The translations under genes and the position numbers were made by a program. The notes under the pieces are model-generated. The model was given only the letters and a program-made list of their open reading frames with translations. It was not told where the DNA came from and searched no databases. DNA of 64,000 bases from an uncultured bacterium (GTDB taxonomy: Bacteria; Babelota; Babeliae; Babelales; Vermiphilaceae). Every line of letters starts with the position of its first letter. Positions within the stretch are counted from its first letter, which is position 1. The stretch lies in NCBI GenBank assembly GCA_963727255.1, contig CAVSFC010000002.1, positions 1 through 64,000 on the forward strand, written 5' to 3'. Positions 47,621 to 58,121 of the stretch are shown here, piece by piece.

Positions 47621-48568
47621 TTACGCGTTCATTTCTATCGTAACTTCATCAATAATTGCCCTATCCCCTTCGAAAAAATAATTTTTGGGAGAAAAAACCA
47701 TAGTATAATCTCCAAGTTTCGATGCTACAAATGAATAGTGAGATTCCGGCCTAATCAGGCAATCGAAAGGGCTAAATGCCATACAGAAAAAATCTTCCAG
47801 TACATTTGCATCATGGCTATTGCCTTCTTTTCGATAATCAAATGTGATTCGATATTCACTCAAACAACTTTGGTAACGCTCGGCAATTTCTGCAGGATTA
47901 TCATGATCAGTAAAAATATATACGTAGAGCGGCTTAGGGCTATAAATATCTGCAATTCTCTTTAATTGATCAATATAGAAGGAATCGGGAGGTATTTTAA
48001 AGAGCAATGGCCCCTTATTCCGGTAACTTAAATCTTTAACATCAGTGCCTAATATAATGTCAAAATTGGTGCCCTTTCTGATATGCATAGCAACATTAAC
48101 ATATGCAGAAGAAAGTTTGATTCTCGGAATTTCCCTATCTACAGGATAGATCAGTTTTCGAAGCTTAGCTTTGAAAACTGGATCTTTCCAATCAACAGCA
48201 AAATAATAACGGTCAAACGGCTCCAGGCAAATTTCCAACGGTGATTCTGGGAAGAAAGGAATTAGATAAAGGATATCTGATTTTGAATCAATCGAGGATG
48301 GCTCATTAAATAATACTCGATCGGAAAAATTAAAATCCTTAGCGCTGTACCGCTTTTCTACGTAATGCATCACGAGTTGATCTGAATATTTAAATGGTTG
48401 GTAGAGCAAAGGAAGAGCATACCTATATGAGATCCATTTTGCATGGCAATATGCTAATAATTGATCACCAAAGCGCCCATCACTCATTAAATAAGTAACT
48501 GCGCTTTCTGGATAGAGAGATACTGCATTTGCAAGAATAGCAACCACAAAACACACTCTCAATCTCAT
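47621..48568 (-). CDS. GT11-like glycosyltransferase with signal peptide
   Basis: DGRFGDQL, AMHIRKG, YIFTDHD, FDCLIRPESHYS; likely start MRLRVCF. Confidence 0.7.
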   Translation of the reverse strand: MRLRVCFVVAILANAVSLYPESAVTYLMSDGRFGDQLLAYCHAKWISYRYALPLLYQPFKYSDQLVMHYVEKRYSAKDFNFSDRVLFNEPSSIDSKSDILYLIPFFPESPLEICLEPFDRYYFAVDWKDPVFKAKLRKLIYPVDREIPRIKLSSAYVNVAMHIRKGTNFDIILGTDVKDLSYRNKGPLLFKIPPDSFYIDQLKRIADIYSPKPLYVYIFTDHDNPAEIAERYQSCLSEYRITFDYRKEGNSHDANVLEDFFCMAFSPFDCLIRPESHYSFVASKLGDYTMVFSPKNYFFEGDRAIIDEVTIEMNA

Positions 48569-48715
48569 GAACTTCTTCTCTTTCTTTACTATAGACAAAT
48601 ACTCTGTAATTGTTAGAATTTGCCAAACTGAATGCGTTTAATGCAATAAACATTATTATAGCCATTGAGTAATTGCAAGCAAAAAAAGAGGATTTTTTCA
48701 AACAAGGATTTAGTC

Positions 48716-49399
48716 TTGAAGCAACTCATCACTCTGATTTTATTTGGACTTCCCCTATGCAGCCCCGCAATAGATAAAATTATATTACAAGAGCATTTGC
48801 CCAATAATCCAATCATCATTGAAGCGGGTGGCTATGATGGTGGAGACACACAAGAAATGGCAGCACTTTGGCCGGCTGCGAGAATTTACTCATTTGAGCC
48901 TTTGCCCGATCTTTTTACAATACTTCAAGAAAAAACCAGAAATTATCCAAACGTTACTTGTATTCCACTGGCATTGAGCATTAAAACAGGCACTGCACAA
49001 TTCTTTGTAAGTTCTGTCCCTGGCGCGTTAAGCGGTTCAAGCTCATTACTAGAGCCAAACGAACACCTTGATTATTATCCAAGTGTCCATTTTGAAAATA
49101 AGATTGAAGTAAAAACTATCAATCTCGATGAATGGTGCTGCCAGAATAATCTTGATCATATCGATTTTATGTGGCTCGATATGCAAGGAGCCGAAATTGC
49201 CATGCTTAAAGCTGCTCCAAAGATGGTAAAGACAGTCTCTGCAATTTATATAGAGATTTCATTTGCTGAGCTTTATAAAGGCAGTTGCTTATTTGATGAG
49301 ACCTGCCAGTGGTTTGAATCGCACGGCTTTGAACTGAAATATTTAGAGATTGCATCTAGCCAAATCGAAGGCAATGCACTCTTTGCAAGAAAAAGATAA
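48716..49399 (+). CDS. FkbM-family methyltransferase with signal peptide
   Basis: IIEAGGYDG, YSFEP, SSSLLEP, IDFMWLDMQGAE, YIEISFAELY; probable TTG start after AAGGA. Confidence 0.85.
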   Translation: MKQLITLILFGLPLCSPAIDKIILQEHLPNNPIIIEAGGYDGGDTQEMAALWPAARIYSFEPLPDLFTILQEKTRNYPNVTCIPLALSIKTGTAQFFVSSVPGALSGSSSLLEPNEHLDYYPSVHFENKIEVKTINLDEWCCQNNLDHIDFMWLDMQGAEIAMLKAAPKMVKTVSAIYIEISFAELYKGSCLFDETCQWFESHGFELKYLEIASSQIEGNALFARKR

Positions 49400-49410
49400 C
49401 GGTCAAAAAA

Positions 49411-50908
49411 ATGGGATCTGCAATGAAACATACATTGAATAAATCTATTATCCACGCATTGTATCTGGCATTAGTTATTCTTGTTACCCCCATCTCAGCA
49501 AAAATGGAAAAAAAAATCGTGGTAGCTATAACCTCCTTCAATAATAAAGACTGGTACAAAAAAAACTTGGACTCTGTTTTTAAGCAGAATTATACCAATT
49601 ATCGCATTATCTATATCGATGATTGCTCGCCTGATGGAACCGGTAAGCTAGTCCAAGCATATTTGATAGAAAATGAGCAAATGGGAAGAACTACGCTTGT
49701 GCTTCATCCAGAATGGAAAAGCCAGATGTTCAACCATTATCTGGCTGTTTATATGTGTGAAGATGATGAAATTGTCTGCCATCTCGATGGAGATGATGAA
49801 TTTTATGATGAAAATACCCTCAATATTATTAATGACTATTATCTTAATTATGATATTTGGCTCACGGTAGGGTCGCCTTTACTCTCTAATGGACATCGCA
49901 TGTCACTAATCCAAAGTAATATGTATGAAATAGTTGAAAAAAATAGTTATCGCAAAGATGGCTGGTATTTTAATCATCTGCGAACATTTTACGCATGGCT
50001 TTTTAAATTAATAAAACTTGAAGATCTTTTATATCAAGGCAATTTTGCAAATATGTCGCCAGCTCCGGATGTTGCAATTATGTACCCCATGTATGAAATG
50101 GCAGGCCGTCACGGTGCGATGCTGCCAGAACTCCTTTATATTGTTAACATTAAGAACCCCTTAAGCCAAATCTATCTCACGCCGCAACCAAAAATTCTTG
50201 AGCTTGCTAATACGATTCGATTTGAATGGCCCGAATATGCGCCATTATATGCGCCGGTAAAAAACAGAATGAAACAGTTTGAGAATAAGAAAGCTGATCT
50301 TATTATTTTGGGTAGATTCATTAAAACCAAGTATAGCCAAATCTATTAAGACCACTCTTGCCAATTTGACTAATATCAACACCATTTATGTTGTCTATGA
50401 AGATAAGGGTAGAAAAATCGCGAAAGACTTGGAATTTTTAAGATCAGAGCTGCCTGAATGTACTTTTATAGCACATGACGCAAATGCAACCTTCTTAAGT
50501 TCGTTATTGCGCCATATATTAGAAATGAGCGGTGATTATCTGATTTTTTCTTCTGCAGGCTGCGCGATAGACCATTGTATAGACATCAGTGAATGCATAA
50601 AAGAATTAGAAAGAACGTTTGCTTATGGGTTTTATCTGCATCTTAATTATCGCCAAGATTTAAAAAATCTTTGCGCACCACTTTCGGATTCTCTTATTGC
50701 TTGGCAACCAGGGTACACTAAAAATGTTTGGGAGTTTCCAAACTCGCTCGGCATGATTTTATATCGCAAAAAAGATGTGGTAGAAAAAATTAAAGCTATG
50801 AATTATTTTAAAATAAGTGAATTTATTGAGCAGTGGGCGCACCAAGCCATGGAAGAACGAGCCGTTGGACTATTTTATAAGAATGGTTCAGCAAAATCAT
50901 TCGAATGA
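49411..50908 (+). CDS. GT2 glycosyltransferase plus second GT-A-like domain, split by a frameshift at ~50305-50312
   Basis: ORFs 49411..50349 and 50279..50908 overlap in adjacent frames at CTTATTATTTTGGG; first domain YIDDCSPD..HLDGDD..HLRTFYA is paralogous to 43406 domain 2. Confidence 0.75.
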
Positions 50909-51058
50909 TGAAATTAAAAAAATTATCAATCATCAATTGATTCGAAAATCAAGCAATCTCCAAATGGATAAATTAGATATTCGCCAAAGTGCTTATGCAA
51001 GCAGTTTTGTTCGGGCCAAGAAGAAAAAATTATTATTTTTTAGCTCAAAAGGAAACCT

Positions 51059-51787
51059 ATGAAGTTTAATTATTATTATATCTTAGCCCTACTTTTTCTA
51101 AAAACATTCTATTCGCACACACAATCTCTGGATGAACTTGGCATACAATATAATACCGATAAGAGTTCATTATTCCATTCGTATACAAAAATTTATGAAA
51201 AATATTTTAAAGATCTTAAAAACGAACCTATAAAATTTTTAGAAATCGGGTTCTGCCGCGGTGCTTCGGCACACATGTGGGAGAAATATTTTAATAATGC
51301 ACAATTATTTTTTATTGATATAGATCCCTCCGCACTAAATTTTTTAGATAATTTTAAACGCACAAGCTTGCATTTTGTAAACCAAGAAGATCCCGCGGAA
51401 TTAAATCAATTTATAGAGCAAGTCGGAAGCGATTTTGACATTATAATTGATGACGGTGGCCATACGATGAACCAGCAAATTACCAGCTTCAAAATCTTAT
51501 TTCCACACTTGAAAAGTGGTGGAATCTATGTCATAGAAGATCTGCACACTTCTTACCCATATGGTCCTAATTATGCCCTGGCATATGGCTCTGGAAATCC
51601 TGCCCAACAAACAGCAGTAGAATTCTTAAAAACGCTTATCGACTGCGTAAATCTACCCGGAGCACGCACTACTTGCGCAGATGTTTATAAATGCTCTCGT
51701 AATATTATTAGCGACTTGCCTTCCTATGCTGCTGATATCGAGGGCATACACTTTTATTGCTCACTGTGCTTTATTTTCAAGAAATGA
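51059..51787 (+). CDS. Class I SAM methyltransferase, sugar O-methyltransferase-like, with signal peptide
   Basis: YNTDKS..HSYTKIYE, FLEIG, FDIIIDDGGH, LKSGGIYVIEDLHTSY. Confidence 0.8.
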   Translation: MKFNYYYILALLFLKTFYSHTQSLDELGIQYNTDKSSLFHSYTKIYEKYFKDLKNEPIKFLEIGFCRGASAHMWEKYFNNAQLFFIDIDPSALNFLDNFKRTSLHFVNQEDPAELNQFIEQVGSDFDIIIDDGGHTMNQQITSFKILFPHLKSGGIYVIEDLHTSYPYGPNYALAYGSGNPAQQTAVEFLKTLIDCVNLPGARTTCADVYKCSRNIISDLPSYAADIEGIHFYCSLCFIFKK

Positions 51788-51811
51788 TAGCTGAAAAGTG
51801 CCGCGAGCGAT

Positions 51812-52702
51812 TCATTTTTTCCGGGCTTTAATAAGCATGTGCCAGCCAAGTTCCGATTCAAGTTCTTTAAACAAATCATCCGATATATTTTTAAAGCAAT
51901 CTTCTTTTTCATATTCATATTTAATATATTTTGGGATGTTCCATGCAAAAATATGGGCTTTTCGCATTTCTAAAATTTGGAAATCTGCAAACAATCTTCG
52001 TGCTCCTTCATACGTATAAGAATATGTTATTGGACAACCGGTTTGAGCTTCAGAATAGGTTGAAATCAATTCATCAAGATTACTAAAATCCCATATTCCT
52101 GTTTCTCTCATGAAATGAAATAATTTATAACTGATTTTGGAATAAATCATCATGCGAAGCTCGCCATCATCTTTTAGAAAATTTTTACACTGGTCCAAAA
52201 TTTTCTCTGGATGAGGCGAGTGATGAATAACTCCAAATGACCAAATAAGGTCAAATTTCTCTTGTCCAGATAGAAGAATATCAAGATTCTCGGCATTGCC
52301 TAGAATAAAATGCGCGTGCAGTCCATATACTTCAAAACGCTTCTTTGTGATATCAAGGCTTTCTTGAGATATTTCAATAACGGTAAGATCAGCTCCATTA
52401 CGTGCAAAATTGACTGCTTCAGTCCCTAATCCACATCCAATTTCTAATACTCGTTTGCCATACCATTTTTCAAATTCTGCAAAACCAGGAATATGGGGTT
52501 CAATAAAATACTTTCTTTTTTCGACCTCATCAAAATATTCTCGAGTGCCAATTGGTTTGTTGGAATGCCTGATATTGCACGGGCGGCGATCCCAAAATTC
52601 TTTTACTTTATTTATAGGTACCGCTGAAAAATCGGCGCCTTTGATTGGAATGCATGGCATCACACTCAATACAAACCCGAATACATGTTTCAAGTTTTTC
52701 AT
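51812..52702 (-). CDS. Class I SAM-dependent methyltransferase with N-terminal hydrophobic segment
   Basis: [27 protein letters not shown]. Confidence 0.85.
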   Translation of the reverse strand: MKNLKHVFGFVLSVMPCIPIKGADFSAVPINKVKEFWDRRPCNIRHSNKPIGTREYFDEVEKRKYFIEPHIPGFAEFEKWYGKRVLEIGCGLGTEAVNFARNGADLTVIEISQESLDITKKRFEVYGLHAHFILGNAENLDILLSGQEKFDLIWSFGVIHHSPHPEKILDQCKNFLKDDGELRMMIYSKISYKLFHFMRETGIWDFSNLDELISTYSEAQTGCPITYSYTYEGARRLFADFQILEMRKAHIFAWNIPKYIKYEYEKEDCFKNISDDLFKELESELGWHMLIKARKK

Positions 52703-52794
52703 ATTCTCTCCTTTAAAAAATTATTACTCAAAAAACTAACAGTTATTTTATAGCGAGTTGCCAACTTTGCAAGCACTCTATTCTTACTGGCCAC

Positions 52795-52823
52795 TTGACG
52801 GTAAACACACATCATATTATGTT
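52795..52823 (+). promoter_or_regulatory. Candidate sigma70 promoter for the 52921-56365 unit
   Basis: TTGACG-17 nt-TATGTT. Confidence 0.45.
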
Positions 52824-52920
52824 CGCTGTGTCATCTTCAAGAAATGAAAAGAACCCCTTGCTTTGAATTTATTTTAATTTTTTTGTAGACTGCCTAAAAT
52901 CCAAAAAAAGGAAAAATAAA

Positions 52921-53395
52921 ATGATTTTACTACTGTTACTTTTCTTTTCTTCTCCTCTTTTTGCCGCTGAAATGAGCAAATCAAAAATCATTGGCCTCAT
53001 CCCCATGCGCAATGAAGAGATAATGATTGAGCAATGTCTGCGTGGACTTTCCAGAATCACAGATGCAATTATCATTCTAAATGATGCATCTACTGATAAT
53101 TCGGTAGCCATTATTGAATATCTCGCCAAAGAATGCAACGTCATCGAAATAATTCATAAAAAGGAATGGTACCGAGATGAACCTGGCGATAGAAATGCTC
53201 TCCTAAAATGCAGGCACAGCCCATGGTGGTACTCATTTTGTAGTTATTGATGCAGATGAGATATTTACCGAAAATTGTTTGGATAATAATTTTTTACGCA
53301 ATGCGATTCTTTCTTTGCAACAAGGCGACGTATTAATAATGAACTGGCATTTTTTAAAGTTGTATGGTAGAAGTTTGGATCTTTACGTAAACTAG
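52921..53395 (+). pseudogene. Truncated, frameshifted copy of the 58122 GT2 gene
   Basis: Near-identical N-terminus (SKSKIIGLIP.RNEEIMIEQCLRGLS); extra A at ~53206 (CTAAAATGC); after correction reads NAGTAHGGTHFVVIDADE..LIMNW, then similarity ends and TAG at 53393. Confidence 0.8.
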
Positions 53396-53408
53396 AAAAA
53401 GGAATTTA

Positions 53409-54500
53409 ATGAAGCATTTCTTTATAACCATATTATTATTTTATGTCGCTCTTGCTCACGGAACATTACACATCCCCACTAATCAGGAGCTGTTTGAAAA
53501 TAAAAATATTTTGATTTTAGGCGGCACCGGCTTTTTAGGAAAAGCGCTTATAACAGAAATTCTAAAATACAATCCCAATACAATAATTATTTATAGCAGA
53601 GATGAAGTTAAACACTTTAATCTTACAAAGACTTTTCCAAATAATCCCACAATCCAAAGTATTATCGGCGATATCCGCGATTATGATCATCTTTTACGAG
53701 TCACTAAGAATATAGATATTGTTTTTCATGCAGCCGCTTTAAAAAGAATCGATATTTTGGAAGATAATGTTGAAGAGTCAATAAAGACTAATATTATTGG
53801 ATCACTCAATGTATTCAACGCGTGCGTAGCGAATCAAGTATCAAAGGTAATTTTTATATCTACTGATAAAGCATGTTCGCCAGTAAACACATATGGCGCT
53901 TGTAAATTTATCAGTGAAAAAATATTTACCAATTATAATCAGAATAAAAGCTCAACCAAATGTATGGTAGCGCGGTATGGAAATGTGCTAGATAGTACCG
54001 GTTCAGTAATTCCAATTTTTATCGCAAAAATTAAAAATGGAGAAGATATACCACTTACCCATATAAGAATGACCCGTTTTATCATCAGTAAGGAAGAAGC
54101 GGTTGCATTAGTCTTTGATGCCCTAAGGTATGGCGTTGGAGGTGAAGTATTTATAAAGCGTCTTCCGGCATTAAAGGTAATTGATCTAATAGAAGTTTTA
54201 AAAGAAAAATATAATGCCCATAATGTTGTAAAACTTATAGGGTTGCGCCCGGGAGAGAAAATACATGAAGAACTCATTAATGAAGCAGAAATTCCTCGAA
54301 TGATCGCATTTAATCATTATTTCATTATACGGCCTTCTGTCGCAGAGCAATTTTATAATGATGCAAAAGAAATGCCAATCTATGTTCAACGCGGCACATT
54401 AATTTCCACTGAAACTTTGACGGGATATAGCTCAGATCAAGCCTTAATATCCAAAGATGAATTAGCAGAAATTTTTAACAAATTAAATCTTTTGAGTTAA
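53409..54500 (+). CDS. PseB/FlaA1/CapD-type UDP-GlcNAc 4,6-dehydratase with N-terminal signal-like segment
   Basis: GGTGFLG, YSRDE.K, HAAALK, ISTDKA, YGACK, RYGNV, MTRF, GLRPGEKIHEEL. Confidence 0.88.
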   Translation: MKHFFITILLFYVALAHGTLHIPTNQELFENKNILILGGTGFLGKALITEILKYNPNTIIIYSRDEVKHFNLTKTFPNNPTIQSIIGDIRDYDHLLRVTKNIDIVFHAAALKRIDILEDNVEESIKTNIIGSLNVFNACVANQVSKVIFISTDKACSPVNTYGACKFISEKIFTNYNQNKSSTKCMVARYGNVLDSTGSVIPIFIAKIKNGEDIPLTHIRMTRFIISKEEAVALVFDALRYGVGGEVFIKRLPALKVIDLIEVLKEKYNAHNVVKLIGLRPGEKIHEELINEAEIPRMIAFNHYFIIRPSVAEQFYNDAKEMPIYVQRGTLISTETLTGYSSDQALISKDELAEIFNKLNLLS

Positions 54501-54503
54501 TCT

Positions 54504-55430
54504 ATGCATAAAATAACATCTCTATTGCTTTTATCCAGCACATTTCTTGGCATTCAAGCCAAAACCATTTTAGTATTTGGCGGAAAAACTGGTTGGATCG
54601 GCCAAAAGATTGTCCAACTTCTTAAAGATGGGGGGCACAATCCTATTTGCGCTGAATCACGGCTAGAAAACAGACAGGATATCATTAGTGAGATACTACT
54701 TGCCAAGCCCGATGCAATTATCAATGCTGCCGGTATTACCGGAAAACCTAATGTTGATTGGTGTGAAGATCATAAACAAGAAACCCTGCGCACTAATGTA
54801 ATTGGAACACTCAACTTAGCCGATGTAGCTTATATACATGGTTTGCATCTAACCAATATTAGCACCGGCTGCATCTATGAATATGATGAAAACCATCCCA
54901 TCGGTAGCGGTATCGGATTTACAGAAGATGAGGAACCCAATTTTGACGGCTCGTTTTATTCACGCACCAAAATTCAAATGGAACAACTAATTCTGGAATA
55001 TCCAAACCTCCTCAACTTACGAGTAAAAATGCCCGTATCTTTAGAACTTGATAAGGGCTTTGTAGGTAAATTGGTTAAGTACAAGAAATTGGTGAACATT
55101 CCGAATTCATTAACGGTACTCGATGACCTTTTGCCAATTGCTATAGATATGACACTCAAAGGTATCAAAGGCAACTTTAATTTTGTGAATCCAGGCACGA
55201 TGAGCCATTATGAGGTAATGGATCTCTATAAGCAGTATATTGACCCAACTCATACGTATGAAGGCTTCTCACTGGATGATCAAGCACGAATACTTAAAGC
55301 ACGTCGCGCGAATGCAGAATTAAGCGCTGCGAAATTGCTCAAATTATATCCTCATATTTCACCGATTAAAGAATCTATGGAAAAACTATTTAAAAAAATA
55401 AAAAATACACTAAAGGAGATCCGCTTATGA
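54504..55430 (+). CDS. Plant/protist-type NDP-4-keto-6-deoxyhexose 3,5-epimerase/4-reductase (NRS/ER, UER1-like) with signal-like segment
   Basis: GKTGWIG, NAAGITGKPNVDWCEDHK, TGCIYEYD..HPIGSGIGF.E...PNFDGSFYSRTK, IPNSLTVLDDLLP, NFVNPG. Confidence 0.88.
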   Translation: MHKITSLLLLSSTFLGIQAKTILVFGGKTGWIGQKIVQLLKDGGHNPICAESRLENRQDIISEILLAKPDAIINAAGITGKPNVDWCEDHKQETLRTNVIGTLNLADVAYIHGLHLTNISTGCIYEYDENHPIGSGIGFTEDEEPNFDGSFYSRTKIQMEQLILEYPNLLNLRVKMPVSLELDKGFVGKLVKYKKLVNIPNSLTVLDDLLPIAIDMTLKGIKGNFNFVNPGTMSHYEVMDLYKQYIDPTHTYEGFSLDDQARILKARRANAELSAAKLLKLYPHISPIKESMEKLFKKIKNTLKEIRL

Positions 55431-56365
55431 AAAAATATTTCTTATGTCTGCTTATTTTACAATTCACCCCATCATATCCAAGAGTTAAAGTTTTACTTAT
55501 AACTCATAGCTATAACCGCCCTGATCTTATCGAGATTCAAACAAAAACATTTAGAGCATTTCTTAATGATGATTATGAACATGTTATATTCAATGATGCT
55601 CCCAATGAAAGTATGAAAAATCAAATCGAGGAAGCCTGTAAAAAATGTGGCTTGAGATGTTTTAGAATTCCTCAAGAATTGCATCGAGATGGAAGAACCG
55701 CTCCAGGATACCGGCATATTGACGGCATTCAGTTTTCCTTACAGCAATTAGGCTATAACCATGAAGGCATCGTAGGTATCGTTGATTCCGATCTTTTTTT
55801 ATTGAAACCTTTTAGTATTGAAAAATATATGCAGGGATATGATATAGCAGGGGAGCTGCAAGGAAGAGAAAACGAAAACATCAAAATAAGACATCTTTCT
55901 CCCATCTTGGTTTTTATGAATATGCAAACCCTGCCTAATAAAAATACCCTCACCTTTGAAGGTGGTAATGTACAAGGATTGACTTGCGACGTAGGAGGCC
56001 ATACGTATTATTATCTCAGGGATAATCCTTCAATACGCTCTAAATTTTTCACTTTAATGTTTCTTCCGGCGCTAAAAAAAGTAATTTCCTGCAATTCCTG
56101 CACTAATTTTAGCTGCGCAACTTGCAAAGAACAATTAATAAATTGCCATTTTGATGAAGCTGCAATCAAGTTTATTAATGCATGCCCCGATGACAATATG
56201 GAATTTGCTCTTGATAATCATTTCTTGCATTATCGCTGTGGATCAAATTGGAACAATAAATCCGCTGAATATCATGCAATCAAATCAAAAGCACTTAACG
56301 ATTATGTTGGAGAATTATTATATACGCACTATTACCATATGCACGCCTTACAAGGCATTTATTAA
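55427..56365 (+). CDS. Putative GT-A fold glycosyltransferase with signal peptide
   Basis: THSYNRPDLIEIQ, FNDA, IVDSDLFL (DXD), DVGG, FLHYRCGSNW. Confidence 0.6.
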   Translation: MKKYFLCLLILQFTPSYPRVKVLLITHSYNRPDLIEIQTKTFRAFLNDDYEHVIFNDAPNESMKNQIEEACKKCGLRCFRIPQELHRDGRTAPGYRHIDGIQFSLQQLGYNHEGIVGIVDSDLFLLKPFSIEKYMQGYDIAGELQGRENENIKIRHLSPILVFMNMQTLPNKNTLTFEGGNVQGLTCDVGGHTYYYLRDNPSIRSKFFTLMFLPALKKVISCNSCTNFSCATCKEQLINCHFDEAAIKFINACPDDNMEFALDNHFLHYRCGSNWNNKSAEYHAIKSKALNDYVGELLYTHYYHMHALQGIY

Positions 56366-56390
56366 CGAAAATTCGATCTAAGATTTATAG

Positions 56391-56425
56391 CAAGAACCCC
56401 TATTGCAGCTGCAATAGGGTTCTTG
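56391..56425. terminator. Hairpin terminator between convergent genes
   Basis: CAAGAACCCCTATTGCA-GC-TGCAATAGGGTTCTTG near-perfect palindrome followed by a T-run. Confidence 0.7.
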
Positions 56426-56459
56426 ATTTTTAAACTATATATTGTTAATTTTTTTATTT

Positions 56460-57242
56460 CTATTTCTCCAAAGGAGTTTGGAATGCTTTGTGATCTTTAT
56501 CTAATGCCAATAACTTCGGAGTAAAGGGTAAACGCCAACTTTCAGGATAACAGTAGGCTGGGCATAAAACTACTGTTGGAGGATTATCAAAAAAATAACG
56601 GTTCAGATGGCTCTCGTCATTCCATTTTGCGATAAACCCTCCATGATCAAGATCCTGCTGAATCTGCTGAGAGCACTTAGTTATGAGCTTAATGAACTCC
56701 TGTGTGGTTCCTCCATAAAAGCCTCCTGCTAAATAAAAGCTTCCTTGGCCATGAGGAATGTAAGCTGCTGATACAGGGTTTTTTTCATAATCATCATGCG
56801 GCTGAGAAGGGAAGTAATACCCAGGTGCACGAGTTGCAACTCGTTCACCAAGAATCTCATCACCGACTTCCCCCGCAAAAAGCATATCTGCGTCACACGC
56901 AAAGAGATAATCACAATCAGCAAAGCGTTCCACAGAATTTAGATACACTTTAAATCGCATCATCGTATCTAATGGCCATCCCAATCTCTTTTGCTCAATT
57001 CTGATCACATGATCTGATTCTGGAACTTGGCCATCAGTAAAAACGAAATAAATTTTCTCATATTTTGGTAAAAAAAATCGATCCGCAGAAGCAAATAGTT
57101 TATCGAGAAAGCAGGTATATTTGCCCGTTGCCATCACACACAAACCAATTTTTAATGGTTTTTGCGACTGCGCAAAACAAAATGATGATATAAGAGTTAA
57201 AAGAAACAATTTCTTAAACATACATATGGAGAATGTATTCAT
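56460..57242 (-). CDS. GT6 family glycosyltransferase (paralogue 2)
   Basis: ATGKY, FVFTD, GWPLDTMMRF, CDADM, YLAGGFYGG, WNDESHLNRYF. Confidence 0.92.
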   Translation of the reverse strand: MNTFSICMFKKLFLLTLISSFCFAQSQKPLKIGLCVMATGKYTCFLDKLFASADRFFLPKYEKIYFVFTDGQVPESDHVIRIEQKRLGWPLDTMMRFKVYLNSVERFADCDYLFACDADMLFAGEVGDEILGERVATRAPGYYFPSQPHDDYEKNPVSAAYIPHGQGSFYLAGGFYGGTTQEFIKLITKCSQQIQQDLDHGGFIAKWNDESHLNRYFFDNPPTVVLCPAYCYPESWRLPFTPKLLALDKDHKAFQTPLEK

Positions 57243-57321
57243 AATTATTCCCTTGCAGTAAAATCTTATTAAGTATTTGGTTTTTTTTGAGAATTTTTTT
57301 TCAGGTCAGTATAGACTTAGA

Positions 57322-57981
57322 TTAAAGAATTATATGCAAGACACATTCATTTGCATTTACATCAAACCATGAAAATGTTTTTACTTTTGGTAGAGTATTT
57401 AAAAAGGCTTCGAGCTTCGATTTGCTATATTGATTGTGAAAAATTGGGCACCCATCCACATTGCCGATTAAAATAGCATCATATTCGGTTGGAACTGGCT
57501 TCATAAAAAAAACAATGAGCACTTCTTTTTTAGCAACCCGGACTAATTCTGGTATAGCCTGCCGATATGTGTCCAAATGCTCTAAGATATGCCGAGAATA
57601 GACGACATCAAACGATGAATCTAAAACTGGAATTTCTTGAATCCTGCCAAGCTTTGCCGGTATGTTTTGGTTAATAGCCCTATCGACAAATAAAGTGGTT
57701 ATGTCCACACCTAAATAATCGATTTCGGGATTAGATTGTTTCAAGCTTAAAAAATCAACACAAAGGCCGCAAGGAATATCCAACACAGATTTATAATTTT
57801 TTTCTAAAATATGTTTGCGTATATACATACGGGACGGCTCTTTTTCATTTCCAACCCAGCCAGCAAACTGATTTAATTTATTTTGCTGTGTACATTGCGT
57901 TTGCCACCATTTTTCATGCTCTTTCAACTCTAATGCCTGCAGTGATCCAAAAAAGATAATAACCGGCAGTATTCTCTTCAT
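57322..57981 (-). CDS. Class I SAM methyltransferase with signal peptide (paralogue of 46729)
   Basis: VLDIPCG, YLGVDIT, FDVVYSRHILEHL, ELVRVAKKEVLIVFF. Confidence 0.85.
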   Translation of the reverse strand: MKRILPVIIFFGSLQALELKEHEKWWQTQCTQQNKLNQFAGWVGNEKEPSRMYIRKHILEKNYKSVLDIPCGLCVDFLSLKQSNPEIDYLGVDITTLFVDRAINQNIPAKLGRIQEIPVLDSSFDVVYSRHILEHLDTYRQAIPELVRVAKKEVLIVFFMKPVPTEYDAILIGNVDGCPIFHNQYSKSKLEAFLNTLPKVKTFSWFDVNANECVLHIIL

Positions 57982-58121
57982 ACATTCTCCTTAATTTTTT
58001 AGGAATTAAAATTCTCGTATAATTCTTAATCATTAGCTGGAATTGTCAAGTGAAATCATCCATCGGCTTTTCTTTTATTTTTTTTTAGCGTATGCTGCTT
58101 AAAATTCAAAAAAGGGAACTC

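Noticed and set aside
50817..51062. 81-aa ORF bridging two genes
   Set aside because: Overlaps the upstream CDS by 92 nt, has no motif or RBS, and is likely spurious
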